Positions 51,482-61,462 of a stretch of 64,000 nt of DNA are shown here, in pieces. Each line of letters opens with the position of its first letter. The first letter of the stretch is position 1. The position numbers and the translations under genes were made by a program. Source of the DNA: Candidatus Delongbacteria bacterium (GTDB taxonomy: Bacteria; CAIWAD01). The notes beneath the pieces are model-generated. The model was not told the DNA's origin. It saw only the letters and a program-made list of their open reading frames with translations, and did not search any database. Location: the NCBI GenBank assembly GCA_963663545.1, contig OY760505.1, positions 1,920,001 to 1,984,000 on the forward strand, in the 5' to 3' direction.

Positions 51482-53017
51482 ATGTCACGGAACAAAGCCC
51501 TGTTGATCATCATGGATGGAATGGGCATTCGGGAGTCCAAAGAGCACAACGCGCTCGCCATTGCCAAGAAGCCCAATCTGGATCACTACTTCAGTACCGG
51601 TTCCTTTACCACCCTGGTCGCCCACGGTCGCGCGGTTGGTTTGCCCGACGGCGTCATGGGCAACAGTGAGGTCGGCCATGTCAACATCGGCGCCGGTCGT
51701 GTGGTGATGCAGGATCTGGTGCGCATTGATACCGCCTTTGAAAGCGGCGAGATTGCCAGAAACCCGGTGTTGCTCAAGCTAGTGGAGCGGCTCAAGGCAA
51801 CGGGGGGAGCGCTGCACCTGATGGGCTTGGCGAGCGATGCCGGAGTCCACTCGGACTTGCGTCACATGCTCAAGCTGATTCCCATTCTGAAGGAGCTGGG
51901 GCTGAAGCAGGTCTACTATCACGCCATCACCGACGGTCGTGATACACCGCCCAATTCGGGACTTGGTTATTTGCGCCAGGTGCGCGAACACTTTGCCAAA
52001 GTGGGGCTTGGACAGCTGGCCAGCATTGTTGGGCGTTATTACTGCATGGACCGCGACAAACGCTGGGAGCGCGTTCAGCTTGCCTACGATTGCCTGACAC
52101 AGGGCAAAGGTACACTAACCGGCGATCCGCTTGCCGCCGTACAGGCTGCCTATAATCGTGGCGAGACCGATGAATTCCTGAAGCCGTTGCTGGTGGACAA
52201 TGGCCAGGGCGCTCGCTACCTGCAGAGTGGCGACGCTGTGTTGGCGCTCAATTTCCGCGCCGACCGCATGCGCGAAATTGCGATGGCGCTGAATCAGGCC
52301 GATTTCGACGGTTTTGAACGCGCCAGCCGTCCGGAACTCACCTTTGTCACCATGACGCGCTACCAGAAGGCCTTCCCCTACGAAGTGCTTTTTGATGACG
52401 AAGAGCTGACCGGGCTCTTCGGCGAAATCGTCTCGCGTGCTGGTATGACGCAGCTGCGTATTGCCGAGACCGAGAAGTATGCCCACGTGACGTATTTCTT
52501 CAACGGCGGTCGCGAAGAGCAGTACGCGGGTGAAGAGCGCATCATGGTGCCATCTCCCAAGGTGGCGACCTACGATTTGCAGCCTGAAATGAGCGCGCCC
52601 ATTGTGGCAACCAAGTTGCACGAGGCTATTGAGCGGGACTTATACGACGTGATTGTGCTCAACTTTGCCAACGGCGACATGGTGGGACACACGGGTGTTG
52701 AGGCGGCCGCCGTGCAGGCGGTGGAAACCGTTGATCGCTTTGTGGGTGAGCTTGTGACGGCTTTCACGGCCAAGGGCGGAACCGTCGTCATTACTGCCGA
52801 CCACGGCAACGCCGACGAAATGTGGGACAGTGCGCACAATCAACCTCACACTCAGCACACGCTGAACCCCGTTCCGCTGGCCATTGTAACGGCCGATGGC
52901 AAGCACTACGAGTTGCGCAAGGACGGACGACTAAGCGACATTGCTCCAACACTGCTTCACTTGCTGGGACTGCAGCAGCCTGCAGAAATGACCGGACGCA
53001 GTCTGATTCTCGCGTGA
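51482..53017 (+). CDS. gpmI: 2,3-bisphosphoglycerate-independent phosphoglycerate mutase
   Basis: IMDGMG, MGNSEVGH, DGRDTPP, AETEKYAHVTYFFNGG, NFANGDMVGHTG, TADHGNA. Confidence 0.97.
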   Translation: MSRNKALLIIMDGMGIRESKEHNALAIAKKPNLDHYFSTGSFTTLVAHGRAVGLPDGVMGNSEVGHVNIGAGRVVMQDLVRIDTAFESGEIARNPVLLKLVERLKATGGALHLMGLASDAGVHSDLRHMLKLIPILKELGLKQVYYHAITDGRDTPPNSGLGYLRQVREHFAKVGLGQLASIVGRYYCMDRDKRWERVQLAYDCLTQGKGTLTGDPLAAVQAAYNRGETDEFLKPLLVDNGQGARYLQSGDAVLALNFRADRMREIAMALNQADFDGFERASRPELTFVTMTRYQKAFPYEVLFDDEELTGLFGEIVSRAGMTQLRIAETEKYAHVTYFFNGGREEQYAGEERIMVPSPKVATYDLQPEMSAPIVATKLHEAIERDLYDVIVLNFANGDMVGHTGVEAAAVQAVETVDRFVGELVTAFTAKGGTVVITADHGNADEMWDSAHNQPHTQHTLNPVPLAIVTADGKHYELRKDGRLSDIAPTLLHLLGLQQPAEMTGRSLILA

Positions 53018-53036
53018 TTCGCTTCACGACTACGAT

Positions 53037-53075
53037 AATCCGCAGGTTATTCACCAGAATTGCCTGCGGATTTTT
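53037..53075 (+). terminator. hairpin/terminator after gpmI
   Basis: AATCCGCAGG...CCTGCGGATT followed by a T run. Confidence 0.65.
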
Positions 53076-53161
53076 CTTTGTGGCTTCATGCCGCCTGCTT
53101 ATTGCCGATATCGTTATGGTTGATACAATTGTATCGATATGACGAATGATGGAAAGCGGGA

Positions 53162-56017
53162 ATGCAGAACGACACCTCGAAGATTGCCCCCCACGTACGC
53201 CTGGTAGAATTGTATGGCGGTTCGCGTCAGCCGCATATGAAGCTACTCGACCACGTGGAGAAAGATGCGGAAGCGACCCACACCGTAATACGCCTGGATT
53301 GCGGTGCCTATCGAAATCCCTGGCGTAGTCACGATCACGGCATCATGGGACGCCTGCTCGACCGCATTCTGGAATTGCACCCCGAAATGCCCAACGAACC
53401 GGGCTACGAGATCGCCATGCGCGAACTCTGCTCTTATTCGAGCTACTGCCACATTCGTCCGCCGCTGTCTACCAGGCGCTACGACATCTACTATCGTCGC
53501 GCACAGATGCTGCAAGCAATGGTCCAGGTGTTGGGCAATCCGATAATTCGACCTCTGCTGCTGATTCTGGAGCGTTTTGAGTACATCGACATCTTCAGCG
53601 TCAACGTGTTACACGAAGTCATGCAGCTCGCGGCACGCGACCTGTCCGGTTTTCGCATGGTAGTGAGTCTTCTGCAACCACAGGCGTTTGCCTGCCGGAA
53701 GGATTGGGAAGACGGGCTCACACAGAACGAGAACTGGCGAACACGCATGGAGATGCCCGAAGAGTTGGAGGATGAACCGCCGCTGATTTCGATCTCCGGC
53801 CTGGCCGGGTCTTCAGTGGGACGTGAGTATCGCTTGTTGTCTGCATGGTTCTCTTTGAATCACGGCCCCGTGTTGCTGAAGCCGGTTCTCGGTTATCCGG
53901 GCATCAATCGTGAGCGAATGGAACAGCTGCTCAAGCGGCTGGAAACCGATGGCTTTCTCAGCATGCGTCCTTATGCGGGCGACCGCATGCTCGATACACT
54001 TGGCGCGGGTGGAAAACTGTTGACCAGCGTGATACAATCGGAGAAGGAGCTTGGTGAGGTTGCAGCAAAGCTGATTCAACACTTCAGCACCGAAGAAGAA
54101 GAGAGCTTTCGCTTGTGGTGCCAGTTCGTCAGCGGTTCTCTTGTCACACGGCACTGCTGGCGAGAGTTGGGTAATGGTGCGGCATTGATCGCCGCGCTTG
54201 ACCGATTGGAGCGCATTCCACACACCGCCTACTTGCGCCAGCGCATCGCCGAGCAGGTTCTGCTACGTACAAAGAAACGGGAATGGCATTCGCGCTGCCG
54301 TCGTACCCTCATCGAGACCGCCTTTGGGCAGTGGGATTTTCGCAAGGCCTTTCACTGGCTTTGTTACGCACCGCTGTCGCAACTGGCGGAATCGGACCTG
54401 CGTGAATTGATGGATCACATTCCACGTCTTTGGCGTCTCACCGGGCGCCTTGCCGAGTATCCCTCGTGGCTGGATGAGCAGCTAGCTGAAGCCGACGGGC
54501 GATCTCAACACATGTCTTTACTGCGATTACTGAAAGCCTTGCATCACATTTCAATGCACGAGAACGAGCGTGCGCGCACCATCCTCAAGGGCATCGACGT
54601 GCCGAAGGACGAGGAGCTGCGTCAGCAGATTATTGCCTGCAATCTGCTGATTCAAATGTCACAGGAGCGCAGCAGTGCGCGAATGATCGACGAGTTGGCG
54701 GAGTACATTCGCAAAAACGAAAGCGTTCTCGCGCCTTCCATGCGCGGGCTTGTGTTACAAATGATGCTGTGGCACGCGCAGAGTGGCCAGATTCTTCCAG
54801 CCTTGAGTCGTCATCAGGATCTGCTGGAAAACTGGTTTGTCGATCAAGCCATTGGCGAACCACTCAATCGGTTTCGCGCGCGTCAGAGCCGCTGGTATCT
54901 GGCCATGGGCCGTGTGCGTGATGCCCTGGTGCCGCTGGAAGCCAACATCAACGAGTACAGCGACAGCGGTGATACACGCAGGCTTTTGATCGAAGTAAAT
55001 ACGCTGGTAGAAACACAGCACCGTCTGAAGCGCTACGGCAAGGCGGCGGAGACCTTGGCACGCTATCTGGAGAACGTGTGCACACAGGAGGTCGATGGCT
55101 TCATTCTGGATTTGTTGCTGGCCACGGCCGAAGCGGGATATCGCTACTGTCTGGTGGACGCAGCGGCTCGGGCGGCGGAACGTTCCGGGCACATTCATCT
55201 TAAGAACGATTTGCACGCCCGGCAGATCCGTCGACGCACACAGGCGCAGGCGGATGCTTTCTTTCTGCTGGCGACTTGCGGCGGTGACTACGAGCAGGCG
55301 AGAATCAGCTGCAGGCACAATGTGGAGTCGCTGCGCAAGGTCGGAGCGACCGAGCTCGAGATGATGCACGCACAGGTTCGCGTGGACTACTGTTCGCGAA
55401 TGCTGCAAGGGCACTATTCTACGGGAACACCCGCCCGCGAGTACCGAGTGCATGTAGAATCGCTGGTGGCGCTGGAAGAGGACCTGGTTCGCTTCCTGAT
55501 TACGCTTGGCGATTTGGCATTGGCAGAAGATGACCGTACTACAGCCGTTCTCGTCTATCGTCGTCTCGAACCGTACCTCTACAAGAATTGGGGTTTCCTG
55601 GTCGCCACCTGGCAGGCTTCCTTTCAGCAGGTCTACCGGGAGCTGCGTGATCGTTCTGCCGAAATGGCCTTGCAGGCGCTTTGCCTTTCCGGGTTGGCGG
55701 GCCTGTCTTATTATGGCCGCTATCAGCAAATGCGTCTTCCGCGGCTGAGTGTGACACCACCGGACCGCGATTGCCTGCATTCGACTCTTTGTCTATGGGC
55801 AGAAACCCTCGCCGGTGACCGCGGCGCTGATGAACAGTGGCTGCGATTCACGGGTGCGGATCTGGGTGGAGGAGACCTGCAAGCGTGGCTGAGTCGCGAG
55901 CTTCGTCGCCTGGAGAACCTGCCGACGGAGTTTGATTACGACGACGAACAGCGCTGGCAGGAGGCGCTGGAGGTCTTGCGCAATCGCGTTCAGGGCCGAC
56001 AAGTGGAAACCGCGTAA
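53162..56017 (+). CDS. large hypothetical protein, degenerate STAND/AAA-like N-terminus plus helical repeats
   Basis: 951-aa ORF; VELYGGSRQPHMKLL at a Walker A-like position; PLLLILERFEYID at a Walker B-like position. Confidence 0.7.
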   Translation: MQNDTSKIAPHVRLVELYGGSRQPHMKLLDHVEKDAEATHTVIRLDCGAYRNPWRSHDHGIMGRLLDRILELHPEMPNEPGYEIAMRELCSYSSYCHIRPPLSTRRYDIYYRRAQMLQAMVQVLGNPIIRPLLLILERFEYIDIFSVNVLHEVMQLAARDLSGFRMVVSLLQPQAFACRKDWEDGLTQNENWRTRMEMPEELEDEPPLISISGLAGSSVGREYRLLSAWFSLNHGPVLLKPVLGYPGINRERMEQLLKRLETDGFLSMRPYAGDRMLDTLGAGGKLLTSVIQSEKELGEVAAKLIQHFSTEEEESFRLWCQFVSGSLVTRHCWRELGNGAALIAALDRLERIPHTAYLRQRIAEQVLLRTKKREWHSRCRRTLIETAFGQWDFRKAFHWLCYAPLSQLAESDLRELMDHIPRLWRLTGRLAEYPSWLDEQLAEADGRSQHMSLLRLLKALHHISMHENERARTILKGIDVPKDEELRQQIIACNLLIQMSQERSSARMIDELAEYIRKNESVLAPSMRGLVLQMMLWHAQSGQILPALSRHQDLLENWFVDQAIGEPLNRFRARQSRWYLAMGRVRDALVPLEANINEYSDSGDTRRLLIEVNTLVETQHRLKRYGKAAETLARYLENVCTQEVDGFILDLLLATAEAGYRYCLVDAAARAAERSGHIHLKNDLHARQIRRRTQAQADAFFLLATCGGDYEQARISCRHNVESLRKVGATELEMMHAQVRVDYCSRMLQGHYSTGTPAREYRVHVESLVALEEDLVRFLITLGDLALAEDDRTTAVLVYRRLEPYLYKNWGFLVATWQASFQQVYRELRDRSAEMALQALCLSGLAGLSYYGRYQQMRLPRLSVTPPDRDCLHSTLCLWAETLAGDRGADEQWLRFTGADLGGGDLQAWLSRELRRLENLPTEFDYDDEQRWQEALEVLRNRVQGRQVETA

Positions 56018-56170
56018 CACACAAAGAGCTACTCTCCTTCAATTGAATCCGGCGGCAAATGTGCGCAGCGCGCTTTCCGTACCAACATGGTGCTAGTTGG
56101 TATCACCATGACAGGGTGATACCTTTATAGCTTGGTCGGCGAAGCTGTCGTCGGCAGTAGGAGGTCGAAG

Positions 56171-56803
56171 TTGAACCTGAGTATCAAGACGTCCGATTTT
56201 CTCACCAGCGTTCAAGATCCGCGCCGGTTGCCGCCGGCGAAGCCGGAAATTGCGTTTGTGGGGCGTTCCAACGTCGGTAAGTCGAGCCTGATCAATCTTT
56301 TACTTGGACGCAAAGCGTTGGCGAAGGTCTCGGGCAAACCTGGTAAAACACGCTTGGTGAACTATTTCACGGTTAACGAAGACATCTACTTCGTCGACCT
56401 GCCAGGCTACGGCTTTGCCAGAACCAGTCAGGAGATGCGCCGCGACTGGTCAAAGATGATTGAAGAGTATTTGCTGACGCCGCGAACGCGATTGGTTGTC
56501 CAGCTCTTGGATGCGCGACACGGTGTAACACGCATGGATCTGCAGAGCATCGAGTGGCTGTGTTACAACATGGTTCCTGTTGTGATTGTGCTGACCAAGT
56601 GTGACAAGCTGAGCAAGGCGGCACTGGGGCATACATTGCTCTCGTTGCGGCGTCAGTTGAAGCCCTATTCTGTGTTACAGATTCTGGCCAGCTCGACCAA
56701 ATCACGGCATGGACGGGACGAACTGCTTGGGTACCTGGGCGCATGGCTGAAGCAGTACGGGCGTGCCGGAAAAGCGTCCAAAGAGGAGCAACAAGGTGAC
56801 TAA
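56171..56803 (+). CDS. engB: ribosome biogenesis GTPase EngB/YihA/YsxC
   Basis: GRSNVGKSSLIN, PGKT, DLPGYG, TKCDK; AGGAGG before the TTG start. Confidence 0.95.
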   Translation: MNLSIKTSDFLTSVQDPRRLPPAKPEIAFVGRSNVGKSSLINLLLGRKALAKVSGKPGKTRLVNYFTVNEDIYFVDLPGYGFARTSQEMRRDWSKMIEEYLLTPRTRLVVQLLDARHGVTRMDLQSIEWLCYNMVPVVIVLTKCDKLSKAALGHTLLSLRRQLKPYSVLQILASSTKSRHGRDELLGYLGAWLKQYGRAGKASKEEQQGD

Positions 56804-57776
56804 GTATTCTGAGGGCATGGACGCTGTGCGCAATCTGCAGGACGCCTATCAGCGTATTCGTGAAGAAATGGCGCAGGTGATTGTTGGTCAGGATCTGGTT
56901 CTTGAGCAGCTGTTAATTGCCATGCTTTGCCGCGGTCATTGTCTGCTGGTGGGCGTTCCGGGTCTGGCCAAAACGCTGATGATCAGCACTCTGGCCGGTG
57001 TTCTGGACCTCGACTTCAATCGCATTCAGTTCACACCTGATTTGATGCCCAGCGATATCACAGGAACAGAGCTGATTGAGGAGGACGGTGGTGGCAAGGC
57101 CTTTCGCTTCTACCGCGGACCGGTCTTTGCCAACATCGTGTTGGCCGACGAGATCAACCGCACACCGCCCAAAACCCAGGCCGCTCTCTTGCAGGCGATG
57201 CAGGAGCACGAAGTGACCGTTGCGGGCACAACGCACAAGCTGCCCGACCCCTTCTTTGTCCTGGCCACGCAGAATCCCATTGAGCAGGAAGGCACCTATC
57301 CCTTGCCCGAGGCGCAGCTCGATCGCTTCATGTTCATGCTCAAGGTGGAGTATCCAAGCTGGGAAGAGGAAGTGCGTATTGTGCGTAACACAACGGGCGC
57401 AACGCGTGTATCACCGAAACGTATTCTGGGTGCAAAGGAAATTCTCGATCTGCAACAGCTTGTATTACGGACGCCTGTTGCAGACAACATCATCGAGCAA
57501 GCGGTGACATTGGCCGCAAAGACTCGTCCTGGTGATACAAATGCTCCGGACTTTGTGCGCGAACAGGTGAACTGGGGCGCAGGTCCACGAGCCAGCCAGT
57601 ATTTGGTGTTGGGGGCCAAGTGTCGCGCTCTGCTGAATGGACGTCCCACGCCGGATGAAGAAGACTTGCGGTCGGTCGCCTTACCCGTTTTGCGCCACCG
57701 CGTGCTGACCTCATTTGCTGCCGAAGCCGAGGGTATTCGCAGTGATGATGTGATACGCCGCTTGCTGGAGGCTTGA
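56796..57776 (+). CDS. MoxR-family AAA+ ATPase
   Basis: GVPGLAKT, RIQFTPDLMPSDITG, LADEINRTPPKTQ, ATQNPIEQEGTYPLPEAQLDRF. Confidence 0.95.
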   Translation: MTKYSEGMDAVRNLQDAYQRIREEMAQVIVGQDLVLEQLLIAMLCRGHCLLVGVPGLAKTLMISTLAGVLDLDFNRIQFTPDLMPSDITGTELIEEDGGGKAFRFYRGPVFANIVLADEINRTPPKTQAALLQAMQEHEVTVAGTTHKLPDPFFVLATQNPIEQEGTYPLPEAQLDRFMFMLKVEYPSWEEEVRIVRNTTGATRVSPKRILGAKEILDLQQLVLRTPVADNIIEQAVTLAAKTRPGDTNAPDFVREQVNWGAGPRASQYLVLGAKCRALLNGRPTPDEEDLRSVALPVLRHRVLTSFAAEAEGIRSDDVIRRLLEA

Positions 57777-58660
57777 TGTCGACCCTGCTGACGCCGGAGA
57801 TGCTGGGACGCTTTCGCACACTGGACCTGGTGGCCCGCTACCTGGTAGAGGGCTTTATTGCGGGCTTGCACCGCTCGCCGTATCACGGTTTTTCGGTGGA
57901 GTTCTCAGAGCATCGGCCCTATCAGCAGGGAGATGATGTGCGTCATATCGATTGGCGACTGTGGGCGCGCACGGGTCGTTATCACGTTAAGCAATACGAA
58001 GAAGAGACCAATCTTAAAGCGTGGGTGCTGCTTGATTCAAGCGCCTCCATGGATTACGGATCCGGATCGATCAGCAAGTTCCGTTGGGGATGCCTGCTCG
58101 CAGCGTCGCTGATGTATCTGATGATTCGCCAACAGGACGCGGCTGGCCTGGTGCTGTTTGACGATAAAATGCGATTGAAGATGCCGCCACGTGCCGTCCG
58201 CGGTTACCTGAACACGCTTTACTCGGCATTGGAACAAGCGCAACCTTCGGGCACAACTGCGATGGCGCAGACCTTGCATCACATGGCGGATGGACTCAAG
58301 AAGCGCGGTCTGGTGATTCTTATCAGTGACCTGCTGGACGATGAAGAGCAGGTACTGCAGGGTCTGAAGCATTTTCGTCACACAGGGCACGAGGTCTTGG
58401 TCTTTCACCTGATGGACCCGGCCGAACTGGATTTTTCGCGGCTCAGTGGTGGCCGTTTTCGTGACATGGAGAGCGGTGAGACAATAAGCGCCGATCCACG
58501 CCTGGTCGCCGAAGCCGTTAATCGCAGAACGCAGGCGTTTGTAACACGCATGAAACAGCGCTGTCGAGCCGAATCCATAGACTACATCGGTGTGGATACG
58601 TCGCGAGATATCGATCGAGTGCTGCTGGAGTATCTGATCAAGCGCAAGCGGATGGCCTGA
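57776..58660 (+). CDS. DUF58-domain protein
   Basis: GLHRSPYHGFSVEFSEHRPY..GDD..IDW, LDSSASM, LISDL. Confidence 0.93.
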   Translation: MSTLLTPEMLGRFRTLDLVARYLVEGFIAGLHRSPYHGFSVEFSEHRPYQQGDDVRHIDWRLWARTGRYHVKQYEEETNLKAWVLLDSSASMDYGSGSISKFRWGCLLAASLMYLMIRQQDAAGLVLFDDKMRLKMPPRAVRGYLNTLYSALEQAQPSGTTAMAQTLHHMADGLKKRGLVILISDLLDDEEQVLQGLKHFRHTGHEVLVFHLMDPAELDFSRLSGGRFRDMESGETISADPRLVAEAVNRRTQAFVTRMKQRCRAESIDYIGVDTSRDIDRVLLEYLIKRKRMA

Positions 58661-59529
58661 TGGAGCACGGAGCTGGCAAACTTTCGGAGCCAGGCTTCTG
58701 GCGGGATACGGCAAAGCAAGTGCTGCTACTGGTGCTGCTTTTGATTACAGTCGTATCACCGTTTCCTGAGTGGTTGCTTGGCAGCTGGCTGCGGCTTGAG
58801 AACGGAAGTCGTGATACACTTGGACGTGCCCACGAGCGCCGCAATCTTGCCAACGAAAGCCGACAAGCAGCCGAGGAGCTAAGTCAAACGGTGGAGCGGC
58901 GTCGTCACGAATCGGGTGCAATAGTCAGTCTGGGTGCGTTACGAGATCACCTCGAGCGCTATGGCGAGCTCGGTTTGACAAGGCGAGAGCTGCTGGAATT
59001 CTACTCGGCCCTGCCGCAGAAACAGAGTGCCACTCTCGTATCACCGGATTCCTTGTTGCGGCTTGTGTATTCCAATGGATTAAATCGCGCCCAGTTCAAT
59101 CAGAACTCCGGCGCGAACGGGTCGACAGAGCTGCTGATCTTCGATGGCGATGGCGCACGGCTAGCCCGTTTTGAGTTTCCACTTATCGATCAACTCGACC
59201 TGGAGTTGGGCTTAACGGCCATCGCTCAAGGCGAAGGCCCCTTTGATCTGAGCGGTGTCGTTGTTGAGTTGAGTTTCGATCGCTGGGTTGCATCACCGGA
59301 CACATTGCCGGACTGCCGGGCCGCACTGACGCGGCTTGCCTTGGATCCCTACAATCAGATTTCACGCGTGCTACAGAACGCGCAAGGGACCATCTATGTG
59401 GAGTTGCATCACGAGGATGACTGGAGCTTGAAGCGCTTCATTGCCGACCACGACAGTGTCGATCATGAAGGGTACAACTTGCCCGCACGACAGGGTCTTC
59501 GGCGTATCTGGCCGTGGAGTCGTCCATGA
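58660..59529 (+). CDS. hypothetical membrane-anchored protein
   Basis: N-terminal TM segment; TGATG coupling to DUF58 and ATGA coupling to the PBP gene. Confidence 0.7.
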   Translation: MEHGAGKLSEPGFWRDTAKQVLLLVLLLITVVSPFPEWLLGSWLRLENGSRDTLGRAHERRNLANESRQAAEELSQTVERRRHESGAIVSLGALRDHLERYGELGLTRRELLEFYSALPQKQSATLVSPDSLLRLVYSNGLNRAQFNQNSGANGSTELLIFDGDGARLARFEFPLIDQLDLELGLTAIAQGEGPFDLSGVVVELSFDRWVASPDTLPDCRAALTRLALDPYNQISRVLQNAQGTIYVELHHEDDWSLKRFIADHDSVDHEGYNLPARQGLRRIWPWSRP

Positions 59530-61462
59530 GACAATTCTTGCGGTTGATTCTCGCTCTGGCGCTTGCCACAGCCGGTGTTGCCTTGCTGGCGGTAATGATT
59601 TACACGCTTTCCGTGTTACACGATTTGCCGCAGTTGCCTGATTCGCTAAGCGAGTTGGAACCACCACGCCAAACGGAAATCCTTGATCGCTTCGGTGTTA
59701 CACTTGCCCGCATCGGAACGACAATCCCGGTTGAATATGAACAGGTGTCACCCCTTTTCATTGACGCGCTGCTCGCTGCCGAAGACACGGATTTCTTCCA
59801 TCATCATGGTGTGGACAAACGCTCGCTTCTGCGCTTGCTAATCGAACCTCTGCTAGGGCGTCGACGTACGGGCGGTTCAACCATTACTCAGCAGCTGGTC
59901 AAGAACATGTTTCTCACCTTCGAGAAGCATGTAGATCGCAAGCTGCGCGAGATGCTGCTGGCGGCGCAATTTGAGGCGAGCTACGACAAGCAGGATATTC
60001 TGCAGGCATATTGTAACACGGTCAATTTCGGCTCGGGGTGTCTGGGAATTGAAAGCGCGGCGCGCGAGTATTCGGCAAGTCTGCGGCCGGGCTGGATTTG
60101 GCGGAGGCGGCTACACTGGTTGCCGTTTTGAATGCCCCTGGGCGTTTGCATCCGCGGATCCACCCTGAGCGGTGTCGACAGCGGCGTGACTGGGTGATTG
60201 GTCGCATGCGGCAGTTGGGGTTGGTGGATGAGGCGAGTGCACTGCAAGCGAGTTCCGGCGAAGTGCGCGTCATTCCTGCTCGTGGTGGTCAGTACGGGCA
60301 CTTGCGTGATGCGGTTCTTAACGAACTGGAGACCTACTCGGCATTCGGTGATATCGATCCACAGGCCATTCCTTATGCCGGCCTTGTGATACATACAACC
60401 ATCGATGCCCGTCTGCAGGATCTAGCGCAGCACGAAGTTCGTAAGCGCTGCAGTGAGCTGGATGAACGATTGCCTGGCGACGACTATCTGCAGGGGGCCT
60501 TTCTGGCGGGTGATCCTTCCACGGGAGAAATCCTTGCGCTGGTGGGGGGCCGTGATTACTCAAGGTCTTCCTTCAATCTTGTGACACAGGCGCGTCGACA
60601 GCCGGGCAGCTCCTTCAAGCCCGTGTTGTATTACACGGCACTACGGGAGGGGTGGTCACCGCTTGATCAGGTCGTGGACAGCGTTCGTAGCTACGACATC
60701 GGCTACGGCCAGTATTGGACGCCGCGCAACTGGGATAACCGCGAAACCGGATCCCTGACCTTTGCATATGGCATCATGCAAAGCCTCAACACTGTTGCCG
60801 CACAAGTCGTGTTACAGGTGGGCGCCGCTGCCATGGTATCAAACGCTCAGGCGGCAGGCATTTCCAGCCCTCTGGATGCCGTTCCCTCACTGGCTTTAGG
60901 GAGCTCGGTCGTTCGTCCGCTGGAATTGCTTGGGCTCTACAGTGCGCTTGTGAATCAGGGTGTTTACAGCGAGCCGCATTTGCTGCGACACGTGGAGGAT
61001 GCTCACGGCAGACGTCTGATGCGCCGACGAGCAGAGCAGCGACAGGCCTTGGATCCGGTCGAGTGCTATCTCACTGTCGATATGCTCTGCGGCGCAGTGA
61101 AATATGGAACGGGCCAAGGCCTACTATCGGAGCAGTATCCAGGCGAGCTGGGAGGAAAAACCGGCACGACTAATGATTATCGAGATAGCTGGTTCTGCTC
61201 GGTAATGCCTCATCTGGTATCTGTTTCCTGGATGGGATACGAAGACAACGCACCCATGCGCTACAACGCTCGTCAGGGCGTCACCGGCGGCGGTGGTGCG
61301 CTACGGATATTCAAAGGGCTGTTGCCGGAGCTGGAGCGTTTGTATTACGACGAACAGGTGTTTCGCGTACCCGATGGTGTAGAGTTTCGAAAGGTGAATC
61401 TGCTGACCGGAGCGGAAGACCCGGAGGGGGCGCGGCTGGCGCTGCGTCTGATAGACTATTGA
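59526..61462 (+). pseudogene. class A penicillin-binding protein (transglycosylase plus transpeptidase) with a 1-nt frameshift near 60071
   Basis: EDTDFFHHHG and GGSTITQQLVKN in ORF 59526-60131; RQPGSSFKP, SLN and GKTGT in ORF 60098-61462. GAGTATTCGGCAAG lacks one T relative to the expected E-Y-F-G-K. Confidence 0.85.

Noticed and set aside
60060..60135. Programmed ribosomal frameshift in the PBP gene
   Set aside because: No slippery heptamer or long homopolymer; a simple 1-nt deletion explains it.
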